A DNA stretch of 64,000 nt from Prorocentrum cordatum. Its lineage: Eukaryota. Where the stretch lies: NCBI GenBank assembly GCA_963575745.1, contig CAUYUJ010000114.1:372001-436000 (forward strand), in the 5' to 3' direction. Positions 1 to 11,425 of the stretch are shown here, piece after piece; the first letter of the stretch is position 1, and the number at the start of each line of letters is the position of its first letter. Position numbers and translations under genes: made by a program. Below the pieces are notes generated by a model. The model saw only the letters and a program-made list of their open reading frames with translations. It had not been told where the DNA came from and did no database searches.

Positions 1-1081
1 GGGGGGGGCGCGGGGCCGGTGACGGCCGTTATCGCGGATTGGTTTTTCAAGGAAAACAGGCTCGTATCGCATCGCACGCAGCTATCGGCGAGCCCCCAGG
101 GTCACGCAGTGCGTGCAGCCGAGAAGCCTCATCTTTTTTGGCGACGCCAGCCGCGTCCCAGATCAATTCGACACACGCCTCCGTGTGTGCTGGCACTCAG
201 GGGCAACGTTATGGGGGGATAGGCGTAGCAGGGAACGCATCGACCCCCAATCGCCCATTCATCTCCGATAGAGGCCCGATAGCCCACCCCTCCCAGGACC
301 GTAAGATTTCGCTATTGGGGGTACTTCACCGATCTAGGGAACGTTCGTGTATCCCCTGGCGATAACGGGCGTTACCGGTGTGGGGAGAGGGGGAGGGGGG
401 CTGGTCATGTCAAGATTTTTGCCGGCGCCGTCTGGCAATGCCCAAGAGTAACACATTCCCACACGGCGTTGGCGCGAATCGTGACGTGACCAGGGTGTGG
501 GAGGAGAGTGGGGGTGGGGCCAGTCACGGGCGTTACAGTCGGCCCAGATTAGTAGGTCGACCTTGCCAAGTCAAGGGTACCCCTGTGTCCTCTGCCTCGC
601 GACCCATGCCTCCTACGTTCCTGTGGCAATGTGGCCCTCGGAAGGGTCTTGTGTCCTCTCGCGTGTCCTGTCCAATCCACCCCGACTGTATCGCGAATTA
701 TACAGAAAATATATGGCTTCTATCGGCGATGCGTCGCCGATGCCAGCTCGACGCCTCCCCCCGGAGCCGGTCCCCGCCGAGCGTGCCCGCGCACTCCGGA
801 TCGGCGGGCCTGCGGTCGGGCCGCGCGAGGGCGGGGTGGCGCAGCACGGGTCGCAGTCGGTCCTGTTCGAAGGTCGGAAACTGGAACATATACATTACCC
901 ATCGGTCGTTGAAAGTAGGTATTTCTGGAGTCCCACATACCAATCTACTTTAAGCGCCTTCCTACTTCAATGATCGAGGGGCTTCTTCTCTTCCTTCCCC
1001 TTCAGCGGGCGGGCGGAGACCCGATCTGCTCCCAACGCCTTCCTACGTCATGTTTCTACCCTACTTCTTCCGACCGATGGG

Positions 1082-1285
1082 TACCAGTGGCGGGCTGTTT
1101 TTCGATCCCAGGACTTTCTTGAGGGTCGGGGGCGACGCTGGGGTGGTGTGGTGTGTACTTTTTTCCCCGATGTCCCGGGGAAGCAGCGGAAAATGTATAC
1201 ACCAGGATCCCGTATACACCAGGATCCGCTCTCCGGTGCAAATTTCAATGCAGGGCCGGAAAATACGTCGGAGTATAGAGTTCGA
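1082..1285 (+). repeat. Dispersed repeat family F; copies at about 6932-7137 and 32499-32712
   Basis: TACCAGTG..GGCTG...GGGGTGGTGTGGTGT...GTATACACCAGGATCCCGTATACACCAGGATCCGCTCTCC is conserved. Confidence 0.85.
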
Positions 1286-2050
1286 TTCCTTACGACGATC
1301 GGGCTGGACGCAACTTTTTCTTTCATTCGCGAGCGGTCCAGGCGCCCAAGATGGCCTCGGCGAGAAGGCGAAAATCGTTGAGTGTGGTCCTGAGTCGTGG
1401 GCCCATTTTGGTTTCCTGGGGTGGCGAGGCGAACTAGGGACCAATTCCCTTTTCGGTTCGAATTCTCGAAGACGACCCCAAGACGGCCCGGAGAAAAATC
1501 CAAGAGAGGGCCAGGAGGCCCCAAGGGGCGCCCAAGAGGCCCCAAGATGCCCCTGAAAGGCCCCCCCCCCCAGAGGCCTCCAAGAGGCCCCCCAAGAGGC
1601 CCGCAAAAGCGGCCTCCCGAGAGGCCCCCCCTCTGCCGGCCGCGCGGCCGGGAGACCTGCCGCGGGCGGCGATGACGACGAGACCCGCTGCCGCGCGTGC
1701 TCCTGCGATCCGCTGCGGGCGCTACCACTGCGGGTCCTGCCGACGTCGGGGTGTCGGACGCCCCCGCCGAGGCTTGCTCGGCTGCAGGCACCCTTCGAAG
1801 TCTGTGCCCCCGCCAGCGATTCAGAAGCCTGGCCTGCAGGGGCACGGGGGTACGGTCAGGAACTGTGGCTTAGCGTGTCGCTGCGCCGCTTCTGGCCCAC
1901 CACGCTTCGGCGCGACATGCTATCCACGTGCCCATTCCGAAGGGTCAACGTCCTGAGCTTTCCCTGGACTCCCGCCCCGCGGAGAGGAGCGACACGCTAT
2001 CCGCTCGCAGGGCGTATCGCCAGGCCCGCCGCAGCGACACGCTATCCTTA

Positions 2051-2236
2051 TGTCGGGCGTGTCCCCCCACAGGGGGATTTTCGACGAAAAGTAGAAGATG
2101 GCCCAACAATACCCCCAAAAGGTAAAACAATACTAACAAAAATAGTCCCCAGACTATGTTTGGACTATGTTTGGATTATTGCTGGGCATTATTCATTTTT
2201 CGTCGGAAATCCCCGTGTAGGGGGACAGGCCCGACT
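2051..2236. mobile_element. MITE family A (TIR WGTCGGGCCTGTCCCCCTACAGGGGGATTTTCGACGAAAA)
   Basis: About 40-bp TIRs with TA flanks. Full copies at 6655-6814, 23823-24014, 33974-34284, 53789-53973 and 62191-62352. Partial or other copies near 19078, 22344, 22634, 43771, 45900-46043, 49150-49340 and 53046-53233. Confidence 0.9.
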
Positions 2237-2384
2237 TAACGCAATCCAGCAGTTCCTGACTGTAAGCAGATGTTGCATGTTCGCACGCGTGGCAGCGTGT
2301 GCCAGGCTGATCTGGTACACGGCCAGCGTCGTCCGACCTCTCGCGCGGTCCTCGCCGCCGCGGCAGCGCGCGCCGCTGCGCCAG

Positions 2385-2448
2385 GATCTCGCTGATGAAG
2401 CCGAAGGCACTGACGCCGCACGAGGATGGCCTGCTGGAGTACCTGGAG
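2385..2448 (+). CDS. SMC4: Single micro-exon of condensin subunit SMC4 (N-terminal head region)
   Basis: Translates (Q)ISLMKPKALTPHEDGLLEYLE(D), matching the conserved SMC4 stretch GEVEQI(S/A)xMKPK...DGLLEYLEDIIG. It has a cag|G acceptor at 2384/2385 and a GAG|GA donor at 2448/2449, followed by a (CCT)n tract. The neighbouring exons were not found in the window. Confidence 0.75.
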
Positions 2449-2462
2449 GACTGCCTCGTCTG

Positions 2463-3100
2463 CTCCTCCTTCTCCTCCTCCTCCTCCTCCTCCTCCTCCT
2501 CCTCCTCCCCCTCCTCCTCCTCCTCCTCCTCCTCCTCTCACTCCTCCTCCTCCTCCTCCTCCTCCTCCTCCTCCTCCTCCTCCTCCTCCTCCTCCTCCTC
2601 CTCCTCCTGCGCGGGGGGAGGGGCGCGGCGCGCTCGTGGCCCCCGCGCTCCCAACAAGAGATAGACCGCCTAAGCACACAAACCGTCGGCCCCTCGCGGG
2701 CCTCAGCAGGTTTCTGTGCCTGCGGCGCGCGTTCTCACTCTGGCCTCTGACGCTCCCCCTCCCTGCTCCTCTCCTTTGGCCCTTCCTCCTCGCCTCCTCC
2801 TCCCTCCTCTCCTCGCCTCTCCCTCCTCCTCTTCGCCTCCTCTCCTCGCCTCCTCCTCGCCTCCTCGCCTCCTCTCCCTCCTCCTCGCCTCCTCCTCGCC
2901 TCCTCCTCGCCTCCTCGCCTCCTCCTCGCCTCCTCCTCTCCCTCCTCCCTCCTCTTCTCGCCTCCTCCTCGCCTCCTCGCCTCCTCCTCGCCTCCTCCTC
3001 GCCTCCTCGCCTCCTCCTCGCCTCCTCCTCTCCCTCCTCCCTCCTCTTCTCGCCTCCTCCTCGCCTCCTCGCCTCCTCCCTCTCCTCGCCTCTCTCCCTC
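2463..3100. repeat. (CCT)n and CCTCG-variant microsatellite; one of about 20 CCT/GGA tracts in the window
   Basis: Directly visible. Other tracts lie near 4460, 5325, 11020, 13700, 15680, 18760, 21915, 31250, 34965, 49370 and 61800. Confidence 0.97.
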
Positions 3101-3361
3101 CCGAAGATCAGGGGCGCACCGCTGGTCCACGAGCAGCCCACCGCGGCCTCTGCCGGCGCGAGGCTCGTGAGGGTGGCCAGCTCCCGCTGGGCTGACACTA
3201 CAGCGGAGCCAGACGCGGCGACGCGTCGTGCCCGCGCTCGCGGCCTCGCCCCCGTGCGTTCCCTGCTCTGGGCGGCGCGGCCGAGCTTGGAGGCTCCGTG
3301 GAGCCGGAGGGGCACCCTCGCAGTCTCTGCTCGGGAGGCGGCCCACGTGGTCCTCGTCTTT

Positions 3362-3530
3362 CGGGGGTGGACAGACCTCCTACCCTGACACGTCGATTCA
3401 GGAATTGGCCGTTTTCGGTTCGCGAGAGGGCGTCGCGGCCGTCATTCTTGCGGGTCCAGGTCCGTCGGTTTCGGTCCCAGGCCGTTTTCACTAAGGGGAG
3501 GTTTACTAAAGGGAGGTTTGTCCACGGCCG
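3362..3530 (+). repeat. Dispersed repeat family G; copy at about 33568-33735
   Basis: CCCTGACACGTCGATTCAGGAATTGGCCGTTTTCGGTT ... GGGGAGGTTT(A/G)CTAAAGGGAGGTTTG is shared. Confidence 0.85.
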
Positions 3531-3853
3531 AATTACAGCGGAGCCAGACTATGGCTGCGCCATGGTGTTGTTTGGGCACGGCGACACGGGCGCGTAGTTG
3601 GCGAAAGACCTGGCCGTGGATGACACCGAGAAGATGGATGGTGTGCTGGCCTGCCTCGACGAGGTCGGGGGGCACGTCCCCGCTGTTCGATTTTCCCGAA
3701 GCTCGAGGTGAGCAGGAGGAGATCGGCGGCATGGTGGACGTGGATTCCAAGGTCAGCGGGCACGAGACCCACGAGGGGACGTCCGCTGAGGAGTCCGCTG
3801 AGGAGTGAGCAGTCAAGAAAATGAGGAGCGGAAGATGGCCGTGATCCTCGATC

Positions 3854-4087
3854 TCAAGCAGTGGCGAAGCGTCCCGGCGTGCCTATAGGCCAATCTAGCA
3901 ATGTTCTAAGAACTTTTTTATGGTTCCCACGAAATGTTATTAGTACATTTCTGGTTGGGACTGTCTTGTTTTATCGCATCGGGTTTATGTTCTAAGAACA
4001 TTGTTTTTGTTCTTAGCACATTTTTGGGTTCTAAGAACATTTCGTGGTAGGACTATAGGAATGCCGGGACGGTCGGTCCCTGCTCAA
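3854..4087. mobile_element. MITE family E (TCAA-GCAGTGGCGAAGCGTCCCGGC ... GCCGGGACGGTCGGTCCCTGC-TCAA)
   Basis: Imperfect TIRs with TCAA/TCGA flanks; copies at 7156-7390, 12092-12329 and 19487-19910. Confidence 0.88.
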
Positions 4088-4952
4088 CACTCGCGTCCGC
4101 CAACATACATGAGGGCTGAGCGGGTTCCCGTCGTCTGCGGCTCGAGGGACTTGCGGCTCGCGCCGCAGCGAGGCGCGGGCGGAGTGGACGGGACAGCTGG
4201 CGGGGGTATGGATTGGGGGGTGGACGCTGTGGAACAGGTGTCGACGGAGGGGCATGTCGAGCTGGGGGCTTCTATGCCCAGCTCGGGTTGGTCTTCCGTC
4301 GTTGGGCGTAGCACGGCCTCAGTCAGAGTAGTTTTCCTCGGTCGTCCGTGGAGGCATGTACCGTATCGGCGTGGCTGGCCAGGTCGCACCGGGGGCTTCG
4401 GTGATCAGTACGGCGTGGTTCAGCAAATCGTTCTGGAGATGCCAGTTCCCAAAGTTTCCCATCCCTCCTCTCCTCCTCCCTCTTCTCCTTCCTCCCTCTC
4501 CCCCTTCTCCTCCCTTCCTCCTCCCTTCTTCTCCTCCTCCTCCTCCTCCTCCTCCTCCTCCTCTTCCTCCTCCTCCCCTCCTCCCTCCTTGTCGCCTCTC
4601 CCTCCTGGCGAGCGTAAGATGTTTCGCCCGTGCTGCATCAGACCTTGACTCCTCTCCTGCAGATACCTGTCTCGCCACTGTTAGATGTCAAGAACTGGCG
4701 CCGATGCGCAATTCAAGTGGGAGCTGTGTTAGACAGGTCGCACCGCGGGCGACATCCTGATACGTAAAGCAACAAACTTCATAACCACGATACACGACGT
4801 TCCTGTCATAGTTGACTCTTCTGCTTCGGCGTCTGAGCTAGCATGCGTATTGATTGGATCGTGCCCAGATAAATATATAATCCAAACGACTGGTGATCAA
4901 ACGAAACATTGGAGAAGGAACGCGCACATGGCTGCAGCTACCGACGATGCCC

Positions 4953-5205
4953 TGGATATCCCCTCATTGACACAGCAGGCTACGTCGGCGTGCTCTCACC
5001 ACATGGTTCGCTGTCGTGACACGACCAGGTCTGAGCGAGTCGCCCTGCAGGAAACGGGGCTTGCGGGAAACGGGTCCTGGATATCCCATCATTGACACAG
5101 CAGGCTACGTCGGCGTGCTCTCATCACATGGCTTGGCTGTCGTGGCACGACCAGGTCTGAGCGAGCCGCCCTGCAGGACGAAAGGGCCTGCGGGAAACGG
5201 GTCCC
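4953..5205 (+). repeat. About 125-bp tandem duplication
   Basis: CATTGACACAGCAGGCTACGTCGGCGTGCTCTCA...CACGACCAGGTCTGAGCGAG.CGCCCTGCAGGA...TGCGGGAAACGGGTCC occurs twice. Confidence 0.9.
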
Positions 5206-8200
5206 AGGTGCTTCACCCCCGAGGACCAGCTCCTCATCCCGAGCCGTCGGTGGACGGCCCGGGGGCCCGTGGGAGGGCCTCCGGGACCCCCCAGAGGGAG
5301 AGCAGACAGATCCAGGGCTCCGTCCCTCCTTCTCCTCCTCCTTCTCCTCCTCCTCCTCCTCCTCCTTCTGCTCCTCCTCCTCCTCCTCCACCTCCTGCTC
5401 CTCCTCCTCCTGCCCCCCTCCTCTCCTCTCCTCCTCCTCCTCCTCCTCCTCCTCCTCCTCCTCCTCCTCCTCCTCCTCCTCCTCCTCCTCCTCTCTCGGC
5501 CGCGGGGCGCCCTGTTCGCATGGTGAAGAGTGCCTGCAGCCATTTGGGCTGCGGGCTGGCCGGGGCGGCGAGGTCCGGGGGGGCGCCCGCGCGCGCGCCT
5601 GGCGCCCTGGGCTGGCCATGGAGGACTCCGAGAGCGCCTCCCTGTCTCCGACGAGCAGCAGGCAGTGGCAGGGGGGGGGGCGCAGGGTCGAGGCCCCCGG
5701 CGCCGCGGTCCAGGGGCGGCGTCAGGAGCGAGGCCCCCGCAGGAGCACACACTCCACACACGGAAGTCTTCAGAACTCCGCGTCGTGGATGCCTCGGATC
5801 GGCACCTGGGCCCCGCCGGCGGCGCTTCGGGCGCCGCGCCGAGTGGCGGGCTCCGCGCCCCGGGGAGAGGGAGTGGGGGGGCGGCGCGCCGAGCCAGGAC
5901 GTCCGCGCGGAGCTCCGAGAGTTTGTGCGTGTCCGGTTGTTTTGTTCGTGCCGGTCCACGCCAGTGTGGGGGATTGAGGTGCGGTCGCCATCTGTGTCGG
6001 GCTCGCAAAGTGTGGCTGGCGCGGCGCCTCTCCTCTTCCACCTCTCCTCTTGAGTGGCGTCACCAACAGTATCGGCGGGGCAACGGCCACCAACATCATT
6101 CTCACATGCTTCACTTCAGCTATCACCACTCCAGCCATAATCGAAGTATGTGGGGTTCCTCGGTAGCGTATTTGTTTCGTTCCAGTCCACGCCGGGTGCG
6201 GGGCATCGAGGTTCGCTCGCTGGACGTTTCAGGCCGTCCTGGGGCGCCCTCCCGTGGCCACACGGCCGGACCTGCTTCGAAGTCCTGTGCAGAGCGCGCC
6301 CCGGGAGAGGGCCGAGGGGTTCCATGTTGGACCCGCTGCAGCAGGGGCAGCGACGGGGGGGGGGGCTCGAAGAGAAAAACGCCAGGAGCAGAAGCTTCTG
6401 GCGCTCCGCGCGGATTGCTTGGATCCGCGCCGCCGGGGGCGGCCCAGCGCGAATCAAGAAGTCCGCGCGGACCGCCCACGTTTTAAGTTCACGGCGTTTC
6501 TTTTTCTTCTTCTTCTTCTGGTGACGGGGAGAGGGCAAGAGGGGGAAGCTTCGAACTCATGCCCCCCCTGGGGGTCACCTCCCTTTTTTTGGGTGGATCC
6601 CGAAGGGGGGGGGCAGGAGGGGCATGGCAGCGACTCCGCGTCGCCCGTGCCTTAAGTCGGGCTCTTCCCTCTACAGGGGGAATCTTCAAAAATAGCCGGA
6701 AACAACAAATATTATGGGGACGATTGTTTGAGTATTTTGGTGTATGTTTTGAATATGTTTTGAGTATTTTTTATGTTCCGTCCAAAATCTTCCTGTAGGG
6801 GGACAGGCCCGACTTAAGGCTACATCGAGGGCCCACCGCTCCGTCCTGCCGGCGATGCGTCGTCGCTTCCGTGTCGATGTTCTCCCCCCCCCCCACGCCA
6901 GTCCCCCTGTTCGGAAAGTGGAGCATATACATTACCAGTGGCGGGCTGCTTTTCAATCCCTGAACTTTTTTCAGGGTCGGGGACGACGTAGGGGTGGTGT
7001 GGTGTATACTGTTTTCCGCGTTTTCCTGCGGAAACAGCGAGAGATGTATACACCAGGATCCCGTATACACCAGGATCCGCTCTCCTGTGCGAGTTTCAGT
7101 GCGGGGCAGGAAAAAGTGTCGGTGTATAGAGTTCGAGCAGTCTCCCCCCCCAGTGTCAAGCAGTGGCGAAGCGTCCTGGCTCGCCTACAGCCCCACCAAG
7201 CAATGTTCTAAGAATCTGTTTGTGGCTTCCACGAAATGTGCTCGGAACATTTCTGGCGGAGTCTGTCTTGTTTTTTTTCACATCGGGCTTATGTTCTGAG
7301 AACACCTCGTTTGTTCTTGGAACATGTCTGGGTTCTAAGAACATTTCTCGGCAGGGCTATAGGAATGCCGGGACGGTCGGTCCCTGCTCAAACCCAGGCC
7401 AGTCCCCCTTTCGCGATTCTCGCCGATCGGCGCCCCCGCCCAGGAGCGTGCGGCTTCGCTGCACCGAGGGCCTGTCGCCGTGCTCTCGGTGGCGCATCGC
7501 CGATTCCGTGCCGATGTTCCCCCCCGCCCCCGACAGGCCAGTTCCGCGTTGCTCCCCGATCAGTGCTTGCACTGAAGGGGTCCCAGCTCGGGCAAGGACG
7601 AAAGGGGGGGGGAATTAATTGGTAAAGGGGGAGGTTACGACATCTGCTGCCTGCAGCCGGTTTAGGGCCCCACCGAGGGGCCCATGCCTCGAGACACAGC
7701 CGCCTCCGGCGCCGGGAGGCGCCGGGAAAGTCAGCTACGTAAGTTGATTCTCACCCCCTCCCCTATGCTATCCCCCCCTTGCATCTGGTCCGACTAACGG
7801 ATTTTGAAGGGCTTGGCGAACGTGGGCGGCCGATTTCGGTAGGCCGCTGGGTTCCCGGGTTCCCGGTTCCGGGCTTTTGGTTCCCAGGTTCCCGGTTCCG
7901 CGTTCCCGATCCCGGGGTTTCCGGATTCCCGGTTCCGGGCTCGATCGATCGATAGAGTGAGATCGATCTCACTACCGATCTCATTGCCGATCGCGGTATG
8001 GAACTCTCTGGCGATCTCACGATCGTTCCCACACCCACACCAAGTTTCCAAACCATCCACTGATTGGGTTTTCTCAGGTGGGGAAAAAACACAGACACAA
8101 TTAATCCGCGATTCCCAGAAAATATAGGAAAATATGGGAAGTGGGGGGGAAGACAAAAACCCAGAAAATATGGGAAAATATGGGGGATATTGTTATTTGT

Positions 8201-9045
8201 GTGTATTTCTTTGCGTGTCCCAATTCCCCTTCATTTTCTCTCTGGTGTAGCCGTTCTCTTTTCGATGGTTTTCAGTCCAGGCGTTGTTCGCCGCTCTCTC
8301 GGCCTGCGCGGGGAGCCGTGCGTCGGGCCCCGGGGCGCCATTCACAGATGCGTATCCAGGGTGAAAAAAAGCTGGCCTTGGGGCGTCGGGTCGGGACCTC
8401 TGCTCTGTTCGGGGGCGGAAAAGAAGGGGGTGATGACTAGGGGGGGTGGATATTATGGCGGGGGGCATGATATTTCCTCAGATTTCATGGCGCCTCTTCT
8501 TATTTCATTACGTCCCTAGTTCCCCCGCTGGGCCGCGCACATGCCGCCTGCCATGCTTTGCACCCCCCCCTCTTGGACACCCCCCTCTTGGCCGCTCCCG
8601 ATCTGTGGCCCGCGGACTGGACAGATTGCATCGTCCGCTGCTGTTGTTCGATCCGCTCGAGGATATTCGATTCCGACGTTCGTCAGGAGGGGAAGAAACA
8701 CAGACACAATTCGTCGTCGACTCCCAGGGTGATATGGGAAAATATGGGAAGTAGGGGGGGGAAGACAAAATCCCAGCAAATATAGGGAACATATATGGGA
8801 ATCTGTTATTTGTGTGTATTTAGTTGTGTGTGTCCCAGGGCCCCTTCACAGATCGCATCGTCCGACATTTTTTCGATCCGACCGAGCAGATTCGATTCCG
8901 ACCTTCGGGCGATCTGATGCGGCCCGACGCCTGCAAGGCGCTGCCGTGCATGCATCCTGGCGCGGCCGACCCGATCCGGCTTCGCTTGCGGGAGGGTTCG
9001 TCACGATCCGAGGCACGGTCCCCTCTGCTTCGATGTCCCGCTTCC

Positions 9046-9204
9046 TTACCAGCCTCGAACGTATCCCTATCCCTAAGATTGACACGCCAAAAGGCGATGA
9101 CAATTTTAGGGATTCGCCCTCAAAAAATGAGGGAATCCCTAAGATTGGCATCTTAATGAGGAGATGCCCAGCATAGGGATAGGGATATGTTCCAGGCTGG
9201 TAAG
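9046..9204. mobile_element. TIR element flanked by 28-bp direct repeats (introner candidate)
   Basis: TTACCAGCCTCGAACGTATCCCTATCCCTA ... TAGGGATAGGGATATGTTCCAGGCTGGTAA. The direct repeats at 9018-9045 and 9205-9232 are 25/28 identical. Confidence 0.8.
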
Positions 9205-9716
9205 GTCTCCTCTGCTTCGATGACCCGCCTCCATGCCGACTGGTTCTGGAAGGTGTGGGGGGTCGAGGCCTCCGACGGAGCGAGCATCGCACAGGAAGTG
9301 CGGTGGACTCTGTCTTCCCCCCAAAAAAGCATCCGCACCCCCTTCGATCCCCTATCGGATGGAGGATCGAAGAGGGTTCGGCGGGGTGGCTCCGGCGGGG
9401 GTGCGCGGGGAGGGTCTTCGGTGCTCCTCTGTCTCCTGCGCCTCCCCCGCGGGAGGGAGAGCAGATCCTCGGGGAGGAGGTGGCAGCCCCCCTGGAAGTG
9501 TCCCCCCCTTCGGGCGACGCGAGCTACACGTATCCACCGCTTCTGGCCAGGCCAACGATGGGCCGAGGCTCAGTGTATATAGACCTCGCACAAATACAGG
9601 TCCTGGGCCCAGGATGGGCCAGGTCAGGGGCGCTGGATACACAGACCTCCGCCTCCTGCTCCTCCTCCTCCTCCTTCTCCTCCTCCTCCTCACCCTCATG
9701 ATCATCATGATCATCG

Positions 9717-9814
<98 letters not shown>

Positions 9815-10710
9815 TTGATCATCATCATCATCATCATCATCATCAGCATCAGCATCAGCATCAGCATCAGCATCATTCTTCAAGTCATGATAGCCCTAGA
9901 CGTCGAATGCATCATGAGCAAGACGTCGAGTGGTCTGAAGAGGAGCTCCCTAGTGAATACCCCCCCATGCCACTGCCTGGGAGCAACCTGGCGAGACGGA
10001 TGGCGGCCATGTCCATCACGGAGGCGCTGACCAAGAGGAGCTTCCCAGACCCGACCACCACGACGACGACGACTAAGACGACGACGACGACGACGACGAC
10101 CTTCCGGCGTCGTCCCGAGGAGACTGGCGGCCTGAACCCTGCTTGGGTTCAGGCCTCGGGCCCATTGATGCCATGGGTGCATCACAGGATGGGCCGGGGA
10201 CCGGGGCCGGGATGCCGGTGCGGGGGCAGAGCGGGGATGAGGGGGCGGGGGCGGGGGGGCTCAAACGACGCGAAGATCGGGACAAAATCTGATCGGGATA
10301 ACTCGAAATCTCTGAGAATCGGCGGGTTTGGAGGATGTATTGGGCGCCGCGGCCGCTCCAGAGCGTTCCGGAACGCTCTGAGAGCGCTCCGGAACGCTCT
10401 GGAGCGATTTATCCCGATCCTAGCCCTGTTTTAGGGGCAGAGCGCGATGAAGGTGGGGTGGGGGCGGGGGCAGAGCGGGGGGGGAGGGGGAGGGGGGCGG
10501 AGCACGATGAGGGTCAGGGTGTGGGGGCGGGGGGGCTGGGGGGGGGGCTCTGGGGGCTCCGGGCGAGAGCTTGCACGGTGAGGGGCGGTCATGATGCTGG
10601 CCGCGAGGCGGGGGGGTTGGGGTCCTTCGGGGCGGGAGACTGCAGCGCGGGGGCCAGGAGTGGAGTTTCTAGAGGGTCGGGATGCGGGTGCGAGGTTCTG
10701 CACGTGCGAC

Positions 10711-10910
10711 ATGGGTACGGAAAGAATGGGTACAATGCCCAACAGCAGTTCCTGTTCATTTTGAACAGGACTCGCTGTCCGCGCCGCCGCGGCCTGTGTC
10801 CATTTGAGATAGAAGGCCGCCTGCCAAACAGCAGCGGCTGTTGGTTTGGGACAGCATTTGTTGTTGGGCATTGTGCCAATTCTTTCCGTACCCATTTCGG
10901 GCGTCCAAAG
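10711..10910. mobile_element. MITE family C; other copies at about 16925-17305 and 20022-20232
   Basis: Inverted ends ATGGGTACGGAAAGAATGGGTACAATGCCC ... GGGCATTGTGCCAATTCTTTCCGTACCCAT, with a conserved interior in three copies. Confidence 0.88.
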
Positions 10911-11066
10911 AAGTGGGGGGTCGGGGAAGTGGAAGGGGGAAGGGGCCAGAGGCCGTCCCGGGCAGCGGAGCCCAGAGCTCCGGGGCCCGCGAGGCGCTGA
11001 TCGAGAGGGGCTGGCCCAGGCCTCTTCCTCCTCCTGCTCCTCTTCCACCTCCTCCTGCCCCTCCGT

Positions 11067-11117
<51 letters not shown>

Positions 11118-11393
11118 CTCCCTCTCCTCCTGCTCCTGCCCCTCCCCCTCCTCCGGGTCCTCCTCCTTCTTTTCCTCCTCCTCCTGCCCCTCCCTCTGCC
11201 TCTCCTCCTCCTCGTCCTCCTCCTGCTCCTCACCGTCCTCCTTCTTCCCCCAGCGCCAGAGATCAGGTGGTCGCACTGGACAGACGAGACTGAGAGAGAA
11301 AGAGAGGCAGAACGAGAAAGAAAGAGGGAGAGAGAGAGAGTGAGAGAGAGAGAGAGAGACAATGCCTCCCTCCCCTTTTCGTCCTCCTCGTTC

Positions 11394-11425
<32 letters not shown>

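Noticed and set aside
2189..3388. Poly-Pro/Glu/Arg/Gly/Leu/Ser ORFs here and at all CCT/GGA and GAT tracts
   Set aside because: They are translations of microsatellites, open in several frames at once.
5533..5553. Second SL-like match (CTGCAGCCATTTGGGCTGCGG) and GGCTCAAG at about 62113
   Set aside because: The matches are too partial, and the first lacks the TCAAG end.
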